From: Bugula neritina
Lineage: Eukaryota > Animalia > Bryozoa
Length of the DNA stretch: 64,000 nt
NCBI GenBank assembly: GCA_964035545.1
Contig: OZ037769.1
Coordinates: forward strand, 9,260,129-9,324,128
Direction of reading: 5' to 3'
The translations under genes and the position numbers were made by a program. The notes beneath the pieces were generated by a model. That model ran no database searches. It saw nothing but the letters and a program-made list of their open reading frames with translations, and was not told the DNA's origin. Every line of letters starts with the position of its first letter. The stretch's first letter is position 1. This document shows, one piece after another, positions 51,601-64,000 of this stretch.

Positions 51601-54600
51601 ACAAATCAATTTAATTTATGTAACATTTACCATGTATAATAATATGTAACGCTGTACAATATAACTTAGATTATATTGCATACAATATATATGGTATAAT
51701 GGTTTATAACCTTTTACTAAATAATGTTGTTTTGTGTCACTAAAAGTGATTAACTATACCAATACATGCTGACAACAGTGTGTGGCTAGGAAACAGTACA
51801 TGCTGACAACAGTGTGTGGCTAGGAAACAGTACATGCTGACAACAGTGTGTGGCTAGGAAGCAGTACACTCCTTACCAGGTGAAATAATGGGAGGAGTCT
51901 CTACTACTTTCTCCTGTGGAGTTTCCTTATCAGGTTGTGAAGATGCAGCCACATGGTTGTTACCTAGACATACAGAAAACAATCACAGTATGAATGGATC
52001 ATACAAATCTGAAGGCTGGCCCTGCTCTTTAGCTGAGCATCTGTATATGTAGCTTCCCAATCCTCATGTTTCACAGTAGTTGATGCATTGGGTGAAAATA
52101 CCATCTCTAAGAATGTGCACACAGGAGGTACTATGTCATTTAACAGTGTCAACAAATTATGCTACCAAGGATAAACAACATAGATTACAGCTGATAGAAT
52201 CCCAATTCTCCTGCAATACTTGTTTTCATAGCATGAGTCAAAATCTAAGTTAGGCGCAGCAAACGCTAACTTGGAATTGAAGATAACTCCCTGTATAATA
52301 TTAATCTTTGAGTTAACTTGGCTTCAATAATCACTGCACCTGCTAGCTGGCCATATTATGAATATAGCCAGTAACCATACGAGTTACTTATTCCACAAAG
52401 GTGTATCACTCAATCTTACACACCTATGTAAAACTATCAGTCAACTGGGCATCAGAATCAGAAGCAAATTGTTCTGGAACCAAAGTTAAAGTAGCTGACA
52501 GAAAAGGTAAGATAATGGTGCATTCAACAAGCAATATTCCTACCAAGGGGAGTGAAAAGGTGAAGGTGGAAGAATACTGACCATCATAGTGCTGAGGTGT
52601 GGAGTGGTCTAGACTTGCTGGTGCATACACTGTAGCATCAGATGCAGCTGAAACAATCACATTGCAGAGTGAGAGCCAAGAAACTAAGAAAAAAGAGCTA
52701 CTAATACAGTAGCAGGCTCCGTGCCTAGTGTTGGTGTAAAATAAATATACCAGCCAAAGCTGAGCTGGAAAATTATTACTCTGATTAAATACATGAAGTC
52801 AGAGAAATTTTGTGCTTGGATAGGTCATTCACATTAGGGAGTTTGCTGAACTAAAGTATATTTAGTATATTTAGTACGTGAGGGAAATGGCGTTACCAGA
52901 AGTAGCGGAGGCCGTGGTCATTATTGTCTCATCATTACAAGTAGAGTTGTTGTCTGTTTGAAGTAATCCAATGACCAGTTCCATGGGGGACTCCATCTCA
53001 GCTGGAGATTCACTGTAACCTGCTGCCACTTTATTCGAACTGCAACCCCCTGTGAAAGTCAAACTGTGGTAATAGTCAGCATTGATATACTAGAGAGACA
53101 GTATGGCATACTAGAGAGACAGTATGGTATACTAGAGAGATAGTATGGTATACTAGAGAGACAGTATGGCATACTAGAGAGACAGTATGATATACTAGAG
53201 AGTCAGCATTGATATACTAGAGAGACAGTATGACATACTAGAGAGATAGTATGATATACTAGAGAGACAGTATGATATACTAGAGAGATAGTATGATATA
53301 CTAGAGAGACAGTATGATATACTAGAGAGGCAGTATGATATACTAGAGAGATAGTATGATATACTAGAGAGATAGTATGATATACTAGAGAGACAGTATG
53401 ATATACTAGAGAGACAGTATTGATATACTAGAGAGACAGTATGGTATACTAGAGAGATAGTATGATATACTAGAGAGATAGTATGATATACTAGAGAGAT
53501 AGTATGGTATACTAGAGAGATAGTATGATATACTAGAGAGATAGTATGGTACACTAGAGAGACAGTATGGTATACTAGAGAGATAGTATGATATACTAGA
53601 GAGATAGTATGATATACTAGAGAGACAGTATGATATACTAGAGAGACAGTATGACATACTAGAGAGGCAGTATGATATACTAGAGAGACAGTATGATATA
53701 CTAGAGAGACAGTATGGTATACTAGAGAGGCAGTATGATATACTAGAGAGACAGTATGATATACTAGAGAGACAGTATGATATACTAGAGAGATAGTATG
53801 GTATACTAGAGAGATAGTATGATATACTAGAGAGATAGTATGATATACTAGAGAGACAGTATGGTATACTAGAGAGACAGTATGGTATACTAGAGAGACA
53901 GTATGACATACTAGAGAGACAGTATGATATACTAGAGAGACAGTATGATATACTAGAGAGATAGTATGATATACTAGAGAGATAGTATGATATACTAGAG
54001 AGATAGTGTACAGAATATAATATATAAACTAGAGAGAATATAATATATAAGCTGAGAGAATATAATATATAAACTAGAGAGAATATAATATATAAACTAG
54101 AGAGAATATAATATATAAACTAGAGAGAATATAATATATAAACTAGAGAGAATATAATATATAAACTGGAGAGAATATAATATATAAGCTGAGAGAATAT
54201 AATATATAAACTAGAGAGAATATAATATATAAACTAGAGAGAATATAATATATAAACTAGAGAGAATATAATATATTAACTAGAGAGAATATAATATATA
54301 AACTAGAGAGAATATAATATATTAACTAGAGAGAATATAATATATAAACTGGAGAGAATATAATATATAAACTAGAGAGAATATAATATATAAACTGGAG
54401 AGAATATAATATATTAACTAGAGAGAATATAATATATAAGCTGAGAGAATATAATATATTAACTAGAGAGAATATAATATATAAACTGGAGAGAATATAA
54501 TATATTAACTAGAGAGAATATAATATATAAGCTGAGAGAATATAATATATAAACTAGAGAGAATATAATATATAAACTAGAGAGAATATAATATATAAGC

Positions 54601-57395
54601 TGAGAGAATATAATATATAAACTAGAGAGAATATAATATATAAACTAGAGAGAATATAATATATAAACTAGAGAGAATATAATATATAAACTAGAGAGAA
54701 TATAATATATAAACTAGAGAGAATATAATATATTAACTAGAGAGAATATAATATATAAACTGGAGAGAATATAATATATTAACTAGAGAGAATATAATAT
54801 ATAAGCTGAGAGAATATAATATATAAACTAGAGAGAATATAATATATAAACTAGAGAGAATATAATATATAAACTAGAGAGAATATAATATATAAACTAG
54901 AGAGAATATAATATATAAGCTGAGAGAATATAATATATAAACTAGAGAGAATATAATATATAAACTAGAGAGAATATAATATATAAACTAGAGAGAATAT
55001 AATATATAAACTAGAGAGAATATAATATATAAACTAGAGAGAATATAATATATAAACTAGAGAGAATATAATATATAAACTAGAGAGAATATAATATATA
55101 AACTAGAGAGAATATAATATATAAGCTGAGAGAATATAATATATAAACTAGAGAGAATATAATATATAAACTAGAGAGAATATAATATATAAACTAGAGA
55201 GAATATAATATATAAACTAGAGAGAATATAATATATAAACTGGAGAGAATATAATATATTAACTAGAGAGAATATAATATATAAGCTGAGAGAATATAAT
55301 ATATAAACTAGAGAGAATATAATATATAAGCTGAGAGAATATAATATATAAACTAGAGAGAATATAATATATAAACTAGAGAGAATATAATATATAAACT
55401 AGAAAGAATATAATATATTAACTAGAGAGAATATAATATATAAACTAGAGAGAATATAATATATAAGCTGAGAGAATATAATATATAAACTAGAGAGAAT
55501 ATAATATATAAACTAGAGAGAATATAATATATAAACTAGAGAGAATATAATATATAAACTAGAGAGAATATAATATATAAACTGGAGAGAATATAATATA
55601 TTAACTAGAGAGAATATAATATATAAGCTGAGAGAATATAATATATAAACTAGAGAGAATATAATATATAAACTAGAGAGAATATAATATATAAACTAGA
55701 GAGAATATAATATATAAACTAGAGAGAATATAATATATAAACTAGAAAGAATATAATATATTAACTAGAGAGAATATAATATATAAACTAGAGAGAATAT
55801 AATATATAAGCTGAGAGAATATAATATATAAACTAGAGAGAATATAATATATAAACTAGAGAGAATATAATATATAAACTAGAGAGAATATAATATATAA
55901 ACTAGAGAGAATATAATATATAAGCTGAGAGAATATAATATATAAACTAGAGAGAATATAATATATAAACTAGAGAGAATATAATATATAAACTAGAGAG
56001 AATATAATATATAAACTGAGAGGATATAATATATAAGCTGAGAGAATATATTGTATAAACTAGAGAGAATATATTGTATAAACTAGAAGAACATATGGTA
56101 TAGGTTGAGGACTCTTACACACCTTTGGCCACAGCAGGCAGTTTAATTGCATCGAGATTCACATCTAGTTGAGAATCAGAGCTTGCACTGACAGAGTGGC
56201 TTCTCTTTGGATAACTGAACCTACTAAACATATCATCTGCTAGTCAATGATAACTTATAGATTACAATTGTAACTCTATAGCAAACTCTACATATCATCA
56301 ATTAATTGCTTTCTATGAAGATAAAATACCAATATTTATATAACATACCAGGTTCTAAGAAACCAGGTATTTTTATATTCACAATTATTTACTTGTTATA
56401 TTTGCACTGCACCTAAAGGTCCACAGATGGAAATGTGGTTACCACATCACCAACCACTAACAGGGAAAAGCTAGCACTCCGTATATTTTTTGCATCATTA
56501 GAAAATTTACCTTATAACAAATTTACTTAAACATATCCAATTAAGTTTCTATCAATCAAAAAATACTAACGTTTTCGAATTCATGCCCGCTCTCAATTGA
56601 AGTCTGACCAATCATTTAGTAAATAATTACAAACCTTCCAAGTCGTTTACCAGCTGATGGTGGCTTAGAGAGCTGTTGCACAGAGAAGGTCGAGTCTTTA
56701 GCAGAATTTGCACTAGTATCCTTCAAGAAGCTGAAATCAGGAAGGCAACGGGTTTGTTGAGTTTTATCAGGACTGAGTGTCTGTAGACTGTCTTCTTCCA
56801 CAACACATGGGAAGCTACTACTCCACATCTGAGAGGCTTCTGGACTTTTTGCTGGGCTTGTTGACAGATCTTTAACTACAAATACTTCCCCATTGTACTT
56901 TCTTATGCATAAGGAATAATGTACAACGCTAAACACAAGAATGATTATGCTAGTCACCACTATTATCTGCAGACTGTTTAGCTGATGGAGAAGTTCGCTT
57001 ATTAGTAGAATCTTTTATGTCAAGTCTATTGGCTGATTCTTCAGATAGGGACAGCCAATCAGTGTTAGCACCAGAAAACAACTCTTCATCATTCTCAAGT
57101 TGTTTAGCCAATTCTAAAATGTTGAGCAACTAAAATAATATATTTGTTAGACTTTGAGGCAAACGAATGCAAGCATTTAAAAAATAATAAGACATAACAT
57201 AGGAGGCGTTGTCACCTCATTTCATATCTTACCATCACTATCATCTACAGTGTGAGGCAGCTCTTTGCTACAAGGAAAGTCAAAGTTCAGGGAGTACTGA
57301 CTAATCCTTTCAGAAAAAAGATCTTGACTAATTTTTGTTGAGCTCTGAAGTGAACATCGATTTTCTTCTTTGTCTGAGTCTGACCAATAATCCAT
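39664..57395 (-). CDS. Large disordered protein with C-terminal BRCA1/BARD1-type tandem BRCT domains (~1,636 aa, ~19 exons); no RING found
   Basis: Phase-consistent exons: 57233-57395, 56958-57113, 56635-56875, 56123-56220, 52897-53049, 52582-52647, 51877-51963, 49553-51372, 49018-49158, 48606-48762, 47059-47787, 46671-46823, 45657-45805, 44346-44474, 43175-43289, 41651-41752, 41393-41514, 41023-41130, 39664-39885 (sum 4911 nt). BRCT motifs FTCTSL, VTHVL...CPRTLKYMLAVLEAKWVVNIEWASFC, PRLFAGCEFYLVGDF, LIEAGGAK, WLLDSIAHY. The BRCT exons are secure; the small central exons are less certain. Confidence 0.8.
42202..42722. repeat. Variable 14-18-bp minisatellite (TATATAACAGAGAG core) in BRCT-gene intron
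   Basis: Visible tandem array with variable GA/TA run lengths. Confidence 0.93.
45833..46035. repeat. (AGT)n microsatellite, intronic
   Basis: Visible trinucleotide run; source of the poly-T/L/V ORFs in the track. Confidence 0.93.
51763..51868. repeat. 34-bp tandem repeat x3 next to a splice donor
   Basis: TACATGCTGACAACAGTGTGTGGCTAGGAAACAG at 51763, 51797 and 51831. Confidence 0.92.
53083..54007. repeat. 21-bp minisatellite (~44 copies, GATATACTAGAGAGAYAGTAT)
   Basis: Visible tandem array; source of the YCLSSIS/YHTISLV ORFs. Confidence 0.96.
54013..56090. repeat. 23/22-bp minisatellite (~90 copies, GAATATAATATATAAACTAGAGA)
   Basis: Visible, highly homogeneous array with recurring 22-bp (GCTGAGAG) and point variants. 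Confidence 0.97.
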
Positions 57396-60024
57396 CTTAT
57401 TATTTAAAACAGTGGGCTAATACAACCTAAAACATATTTATATAATTCAGTAACACAGCAATACTATTAGTAAATCTATTTAAATCAAATGACAGTTGAT
57501 TCAAAACAATATAATTTCAAAGATTTCATGCAGATAGTAGCCATGAACAGCGACATCAGCTTATATGTTTACTTAATACCTCACAGCTAGGTTCAAGTTC
57601 TGATGATTCAAGTACATGAAACTATTTGACTGAGTCAACTAGTTACATTGACACAACTAGACTGGCTCCATTTCAACTGACTTACTCATTTAAGACAACA
57701 AAAAGATTTCTAAAATAAAATTAAACTAATCATTATGACAAATGTTTATAGTCTTATGTGGTAACCATTGTAATTTTATCAATTAGTAGGGCTCACTATT
57801 TGACAACATTATTAACTTTCATTATTGGATTTAGTTTCAATTCAAATGACTCGACTAACTTTTTATTTATAATGGCGTAGAGTACAATAAGGAGGAAGCA
57901 GCATGCTTCAACATTTCAATCTATTGTATCAATAATTTATCAACAGGTTTGCACAGTATTGCAATTTTTGTGAACATATACTACTTTAACTTAGTGTTGG
58001 TATACTTATGCACCACAGCCACAAGAAAATGCCAAGGCAATATAAATGGGCGGCTGCAATGAATACTCCACTCGAAGCAGCCTATATGGTCCTAGTAACA
58101 CTCAACCTGTAATTCACCAGCTTGTCACATGTGGAAATCAAGTTTTTTATGTTATTCTTTATTAAATAGAATCCTGATAAGAACAGCCATTTACAACTTT
58201 CTGCTCATTTTACACCGAACTGTTAATATTGCAAACCAACTTAATTCTGCATCATATCAATGCTGTGAAAAAATTATTTGTGATCAGAACCCCATGTGGG
58301 TGCTGCAAATTTTATAATAGGCTGATTTAAGCTCTTTAAAGCTTTAAGGGGAGACAGTTTGACCAAGTTTAGTAACTTGCATTGTTAAACTTTTGCAAAT
58401 GTGACTGAGCAAACAGAGAATAAATTGCAGAGTAACTCCAAGGCATGCTACCTCAAGTTTACCCAATTTTAATATTTTTCCTGAAAATTAACATGATGTA
58501 CTTGAAGGTTTTTTTTCTAAAAGTTATAATTTGTCACTAATTAACATTATAAATAGCTAGTTTGCAACAATTTTTTATTTCAACATAGCAAATATTACTT
58601 TGGCCTTAGAATTGTAGCTAAGAAATCTTCTCTTCAAAATGTCAGTATGAGCATACTACTGGCAAGCAGGATGATGGTGCAAATGAAATCAATGAGGTTG
58701 TTGGTATAGTGTATGAATGCAGCAGGCCCAGAGTCTTGTGGAAATCTGAGGTCAACTAGCAGCCTAACTGAAAATTCTAGTTTACTAGTAACTAGTACCA
58801 GGCTACTATACCAATATAGCTATGCTCATATTTATTTTGTCGCCCCCTTTTGTATGTGTGATTGTGAGTGAATCTTATTAACAAAGCTCAATTTTTGTGC
58901 AAGCACTAGCAAAATTAAGGTTGAGAGTATACCGTATGGAGCTGAATACAGAACGAGGATAAGTCATTCACCTTTAGTTTCAGTGATCATTATAATAGTT
59001 ATAATTTTAATTATCAAATTAATTTTAAATAATAATATTATGATTAACTTTAACTTTAGTCTTTAAGGCAAAAATCACTACATTTACTTTTAGTTTTACT
59101 TAAATCTGAATAGTACAGTCTTAATATTATAAGTACTATTACTATTAGCACTAGTATTACTAATACTACAACTAGTGAACTACAACTTAGTGAGATACAG
59201 TCATACTCAGAGTCATATTGATACTGATAGTGATACAGAGTTAGTCACTTAGTGAGTTACTCAGATACTCATACTGACAGTGACTACTGATTAAACCCTA
59301 AGCCTAAGAGCTAAGAGTAAGAGTCTGAGTGGGTCAGTACTCAGTAGCCGTAGGTCTAGTCTCGTTATGATGATCATAATGATAATCACTTTGACTTTAA
59401 GTTTATCATAATGATAATGATAATATTTAAATAATAATAATATTATTAATGTTCAACTTTATGCTATTGTTAAACTTAATCGTCAATTTTAAATTAATGT
59501 ATAACATCAACTACAAGATTAACTTTAAGTATAACTATAAGTATAAGTTATGACTATAAGTATAAGTGTAACTATAGTGATAGTGATACTGATAGTCTCT
59601 AAGTCTAACTTCTAAGTATAAGATTAAGTATAACTAATACAGTAATAGTAATACTAATACTAATAGTAATACTATAACTATAAGTTAGTTAATAAGTATA
59701 AGTATTAGTATAAGTATAACTATAAGTATTACTAAAACCAAAGGAGTACAGGTAAATGGGTAAATCTAGTAATTATTAATTTCATTATGAGTTGAAAAAT
59801 ATTTATATTAGTGACGTTATAAGTATAACAAATCCATACATCGATAATCTTGATAACGTTAACATGATCATCATCATGATGATGATTCCATACGCTGTAT
59901 GGATGTTTGCAAACGACCCGCCACCATTGAAAGCTTATTAATGCTAGTTGATGATTACATGAAAAAACAACAGACCTCATTGGAAAATAACCATGCGCAT
60001 GCTTGATAACTCTGTTTTCAAACG

Positions 60025-63000
60025 ATGGCGGCGTTAGCAACACCTATTTCAGAGGACTGGATTAGGGAAAGAGTTGGGTTAGATCATGAAAATCTAGGTA
60101 AGGAAAAACCTTGTTTTGAAATTGAAGTAATATTTTTTTACATGTTTTATAAATTTTTTATTTGAACATGAATTTACCTTCTGGCTGCCGCTTTACACTA
60201 ACTCCTAAGTCTTAGAAGTTCACTAGTACAGTAGTACTAGTAGTAGTACTAGTACTAGTAGTGGTAGTGGTAGTAGTACTGGTTGTAGTAGTACTGGTAG
60301 TAGTAGTATTGGTAGTAGTAGTACTAGTACTAGTAGTAGTACTAGTACTAGTAGTAGTAGTACTGGTAGTACTAGTTGGGCACTTGGTCTTGGACCACAA
60401 TAGTCAATATGAATATGAATAAAATTATCATAATATTATTTGTATTATATCAATATGAGTATCACTATATGAATTAGAATATTATCATAATCATATTGAT
60501 ATATCATATAGTTATATGAATAATTATGGATGAGTTCTTTAAGTTTCAAGTTCTAACTCTAAGTCATTTACTGATTTACTTTTAGAGCTCGTCTTACAGT
60601 TACTATAAGATTAAACGTAAGTGTAAAATCAGGGATAACTGCCAGTCTGCTACATAGTACATGTGCAGTCATGCTCATGCTGTACTACTACCACTACTAC
60701 TGCTAGACTAATAGTAATCATGATCACCTGTAACGAAAGTCATAGTCACATATCATTATTGTTGTAGTTTTATGCGAGTAACTACTGTGTGTGGGTATGT
60801 GCGTGTATAAAAAGCTAGAACATAACTCTTTGTATTTATCCAAGAAAGAGACCTGCGAGTATTTCGAAAATGATAATAAATATTTACAGACATAGCATTT
60901 GACAAAAGATATCAGGTAAAACGGTTGTGCAACATCGGAACCATAAATGAATAGTAATGCTAGTTAAATGTCCTTGGGCGCATGAATTGTCCTGCTTATA
61001 TAGAAAAGCTTAATCTTGATTGGCTCCACAAGTTCCGATCTCCCTGCGGATGGCTATCTGCAGCGGAGGCCGCTGTTCCGCCTAGAAGAGTGTGCGGAAT
61101 CCCAAGAGTGCCGTCATGCGGCACGTATGTGAGTGTCATAGTTAAAAATAGGAACGTGTACAGTACAGTTAGTCGAGTAGACTATGGTCTATATTGTGCT
61201 AAAGGGAAGGGGATAGCATTATGTATGCCACAACCATTGCAGTATTCACAAGTAACAGTTAAGGAGTTATACTTATACTTGGAAAACTTGTACTTGTAGA
61301 GAACTTGTACAAGTTAATTACTGTTATTAATGCATATGTTATTGCCATTAGAATTACTGTTGGTCATTAATAAAATAAATTATAACACCAAGTATGAAAT
61401 TAATTAAAGTAAGATAATTTTATTGGTACTATTTGTCATAATGTTAGTGTTACGAGAATAAAATGAAAACTTTTTCTTCAAATATTAAATATGTTTTGAT
61501 GGGCTTTAGTTTATAATTGTAAACGATTTTTTTCAACTGAAATGTCATGTTATCTGTGAGGTAATGAATATACGTTCTAAGAAAAGTAAGGTTGTATGAT
61601 AGCTTGTATTGGAGAAATTAGAATCATTGATGAGATGATTAGTTACTCACTTTTGTAAACTCATTCCGGGCTTCTATTTTTATCCATTACTTTGCAAAAA
61701 CTTAATTAATAGTTTAATAAAAAGTTAACCCCAAAACATTTCAAGTGGCTTTTGTTTGTTTTTTTCTGCAATGAATGAAAATAGCAACTGAATTGTATCT
61801 ATTACAAGTTTTCATCACAACTAGGTTCATGCTTGAGAAATAATTCTATTGAGTTGGATATCTGAACATTTTAAGTTTTAAATAATTAATTAGAAGAGAG
61901 TTTTGCTATAATTGTGATGATGCTATGTGGTTTCTGTTCACTTTTTAGTCAGACAGGGTAGGCTTATTTGTGCCACATTCTGTCGTGGTCATTAAGAGTA
62001 CTATCTTTATGCTCTCTGTTTAGTTACAAATGTTGAATACTTCAAGTGAAAAAAATTAGTTATTTAAATCAAGTATTTTGTTATTCCTTTGGTCACAGGG
62101 AAGTTCTAAAAAGTAGTGTTGCTTTTCTGTAAGCCAGATATAGCCTATGTACCTGATTAACTCGTTTTCTATTGATATTGCTTCAAAATAAGCTAATGGC
62201 GGCAAAAATGTTTTTATACTTTATTTCACAATCATTGTTGTAGAAGATGTAAAATCATTAGCATTACCTGGTACATATCATGAGAAGATAACTTCACTCG
62301 GAAAGTCTTTGCATAAGTTTACCCGTTTGAAAAGTTTGGACTTATCACGTAATAGTTTAGACACTTTAAAGGTATGGTATATCTTTAGAAATTTAATTTG
62401 TTTGCTTTTAATTTGTTGTACACAACTGTATTCCATGTAATAATTAAATTTCATGTCAAGTTAAATGTATAGTTTTGCAAAATATGCTAATATTCTCATG
62501 TGAATTGTTGTAGGGGCTAGAGAACTGTACATTGCTAGAAAATGTCAATTTGTACTACAACAATTTGAGTACGCTGGAAGATGTGGCTCCACTGCGTTTC
62601 AATTCTACTATCACCAACCTAGACCTTCGACTGAACCCTGTTGCTCGCACTGAGGCTGACTATCGTCTGTTTGTAGTCAACATTCTACCGAATTTAAAGA
62701 TCTTAGGTATGCATTTTCAAGAACAGTAACCACGCACTGTCAGTTTCTCAGTTTGCTATCAAGTTACTGTTTGCTTATTTTTAATTTCAAGATGACCGCC
62801 CAGTAAGAGAAAGTGAAAGAGAGGCTGCAACTTCACATTTTAGCTCCACTGAGTCTAAAGATGAAAAGGAAGCTTCTAAACCAACAAAATCTACGTCTAG
62901 CAAAAGCAGAATAATTCCGTCTGGTATTTCACATTCTTTCACTTCAATAAAGTCTGAGTGATGGCATTCACAGTTTTTGATGTCATTTTTAACCCACACT

Positions 63001-63807
63001 CAATCTTTATTTCCTAAGTTTAGTAATTTTTGCTAAATTCCCTGTTACAAGAACTAGTCATCATAAGTTTAAATTGAACTAGTTCCGCAGTATTTTTCAC
63101 TTTGCTATCTGTTACTTGAAGGCATTGTAAGTGGGAGCACCATGGATGCAGAAGATAGGGCGGTACTTACACTTCTGGCCAACTGTGAAGCTGGTTTACC
63201 TCAGAATACTGGCTCCTCGGTGACCATGCCAGTCGCAGAGAATTACCAATTATCTGGTCAGTGCTTTTAATTGTTGTATCAATTTCAAAGATGAATAATT
63301 CAAAGACTTAAAGTGTCAATATTGTTGTGCAACTTTTTTGTAGTACAAAGAAGTTTAAAGGAAGCTTGCAATGGAGCAGATGTGTGATGTTATGTATAAT
63401 ATTGGTTTTTGAAACTTAAGTTTATGTATATTGTGTCTAAAAGTTTAATTTTACTCATACTCTTGCATTACATGCCAAGATACTAATACTTTTTGGTCCA
63501 CAAAACAAATTTGTTCAAGTCACATGTTAGAATAGTTGGAGAAACCTAATTGGAAGATATTTACCTGCTGCAGTATATTTGCGATCTTTCTAGTTATAGT
63601 TTGTATATCTATTTTGACCATATATGAAATAAGAAGTGCCCATGTGCGTTGACTATAAGCATTCATATTCTATGCAGAGTTGAAAGCTTTAGGCGAGCAA
63701 GAGTTAGGGGTGACTGAGGAGAGTGCAGGTGTGAGGTTTGCACCTGAGTTAGATAATGAGAGAGCCAGTTACTACCAGGCTAGATATCCTAATATACCAA
63801 CCCACAG
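60025..63807 (+). CDS. CEP72: Centrosomal protein 72 kDa / LRRC36 family LRR protein, 5' part (continues beyond window)
   Basis: Exons 60025-60097, 62244-62371, 62514-62706, 62792-62923, 63122-63256, 63678-63807. Translation includes SLALPGTYHEKITSLG...LKSLDLSRNSL, NLYYNNL, LDLRLNPVARTEADYRLFVVNILPNLKILDDRPVRESER (LRR + LRRcap), as in CEP72. Confidence 0.88.
60221..60376. repeat. (AGT/ACT/GGT)n microsatellite in CEP72 intron 1
   Basis: Visible trinucleotide-periodic run. Confidence 0.9.
60763..61232 (-). mobile_element. Putative solo LTR related to the Gypsy LTR at 3306-3577
   Basis: TG...CA ends. Shares ordered blocks with the 3306-3577 LTR (TGTAGT, GTGCGTG, TATTTATCCA, GCTAAAGGG..GGGGA, ATTA.GTA...ACA) and is CpG-rich. 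No clean TSD. Confidence 0.45.
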
Positions 63808-64000
63808 GTAGGCAGCACACCGATTTTGTAATGTTTGCTGCATTCAACTAGACATTGCAGGCTCTTTCTTAGATTGGTTGAAGTTTCCTTAGATAAACTA
63901 TTGTAACATTAGCCCATTTCTCTGTCTATAGGGACACATGTGAGTCTAATATTCTGTCATATCTAGGAGCATATTGAATGTAGAATAGAGACACTAGTAC

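Noticed and set aside
53083-56090. Regular repeat arrays as CRISPR or coding repeats
   Set aside because: Head-to-tail units with no unique spacers, no cas genes, and a eukaryotic intron context.
60982-61299. 105-aa ORF in CEP72 intron 1
   Set aside because: No domain similarity; falls within the putative solo LTR.

Overview
AT-rich, intron-dense animal genomic DNA. A lophotrochozoan invertebrate such as a bryozoan is my inference, not something the sequence proves. From left to right: (1) the 5' part of a young Ty3/Gypsy LTR retrotransposon on the - strand (272-bp LTR, tRNA-Leu PBS, gag, open pol running off the left edge); (2) an intronless PTPMT1; (3) a 20-exon DDX1 (-), whose 4.7-kb intron 14 hides a complete, in-frame, six-exon antisense gene for a highly divergent class A GPCR-like protein; (4) an 11-exon PRODH (+), head-to-head with DDX1; (5) a two-exon proline-rich NHL-propeller gene; (6) a ~1,640-aa BRCA1/BARD1-type tandem-BRCT gene (-) that appears to lack a RING domain but carries a PIP-box-like motif and a TQ repeat; (7) the 5' part of CEP72 (+), head-to-head with it. 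Introns carry several minisatellites, a foldback/MITE-like insertion, an R4/Dong-like LINE remnant and a probable solo LTR. All exon structures were assembled by hand from GT-AG sites and reading-frame phase; none is transcript-verified. The best novelty candidates are the nested motif-less GPCR and the RING-less BRCA1-like gene.
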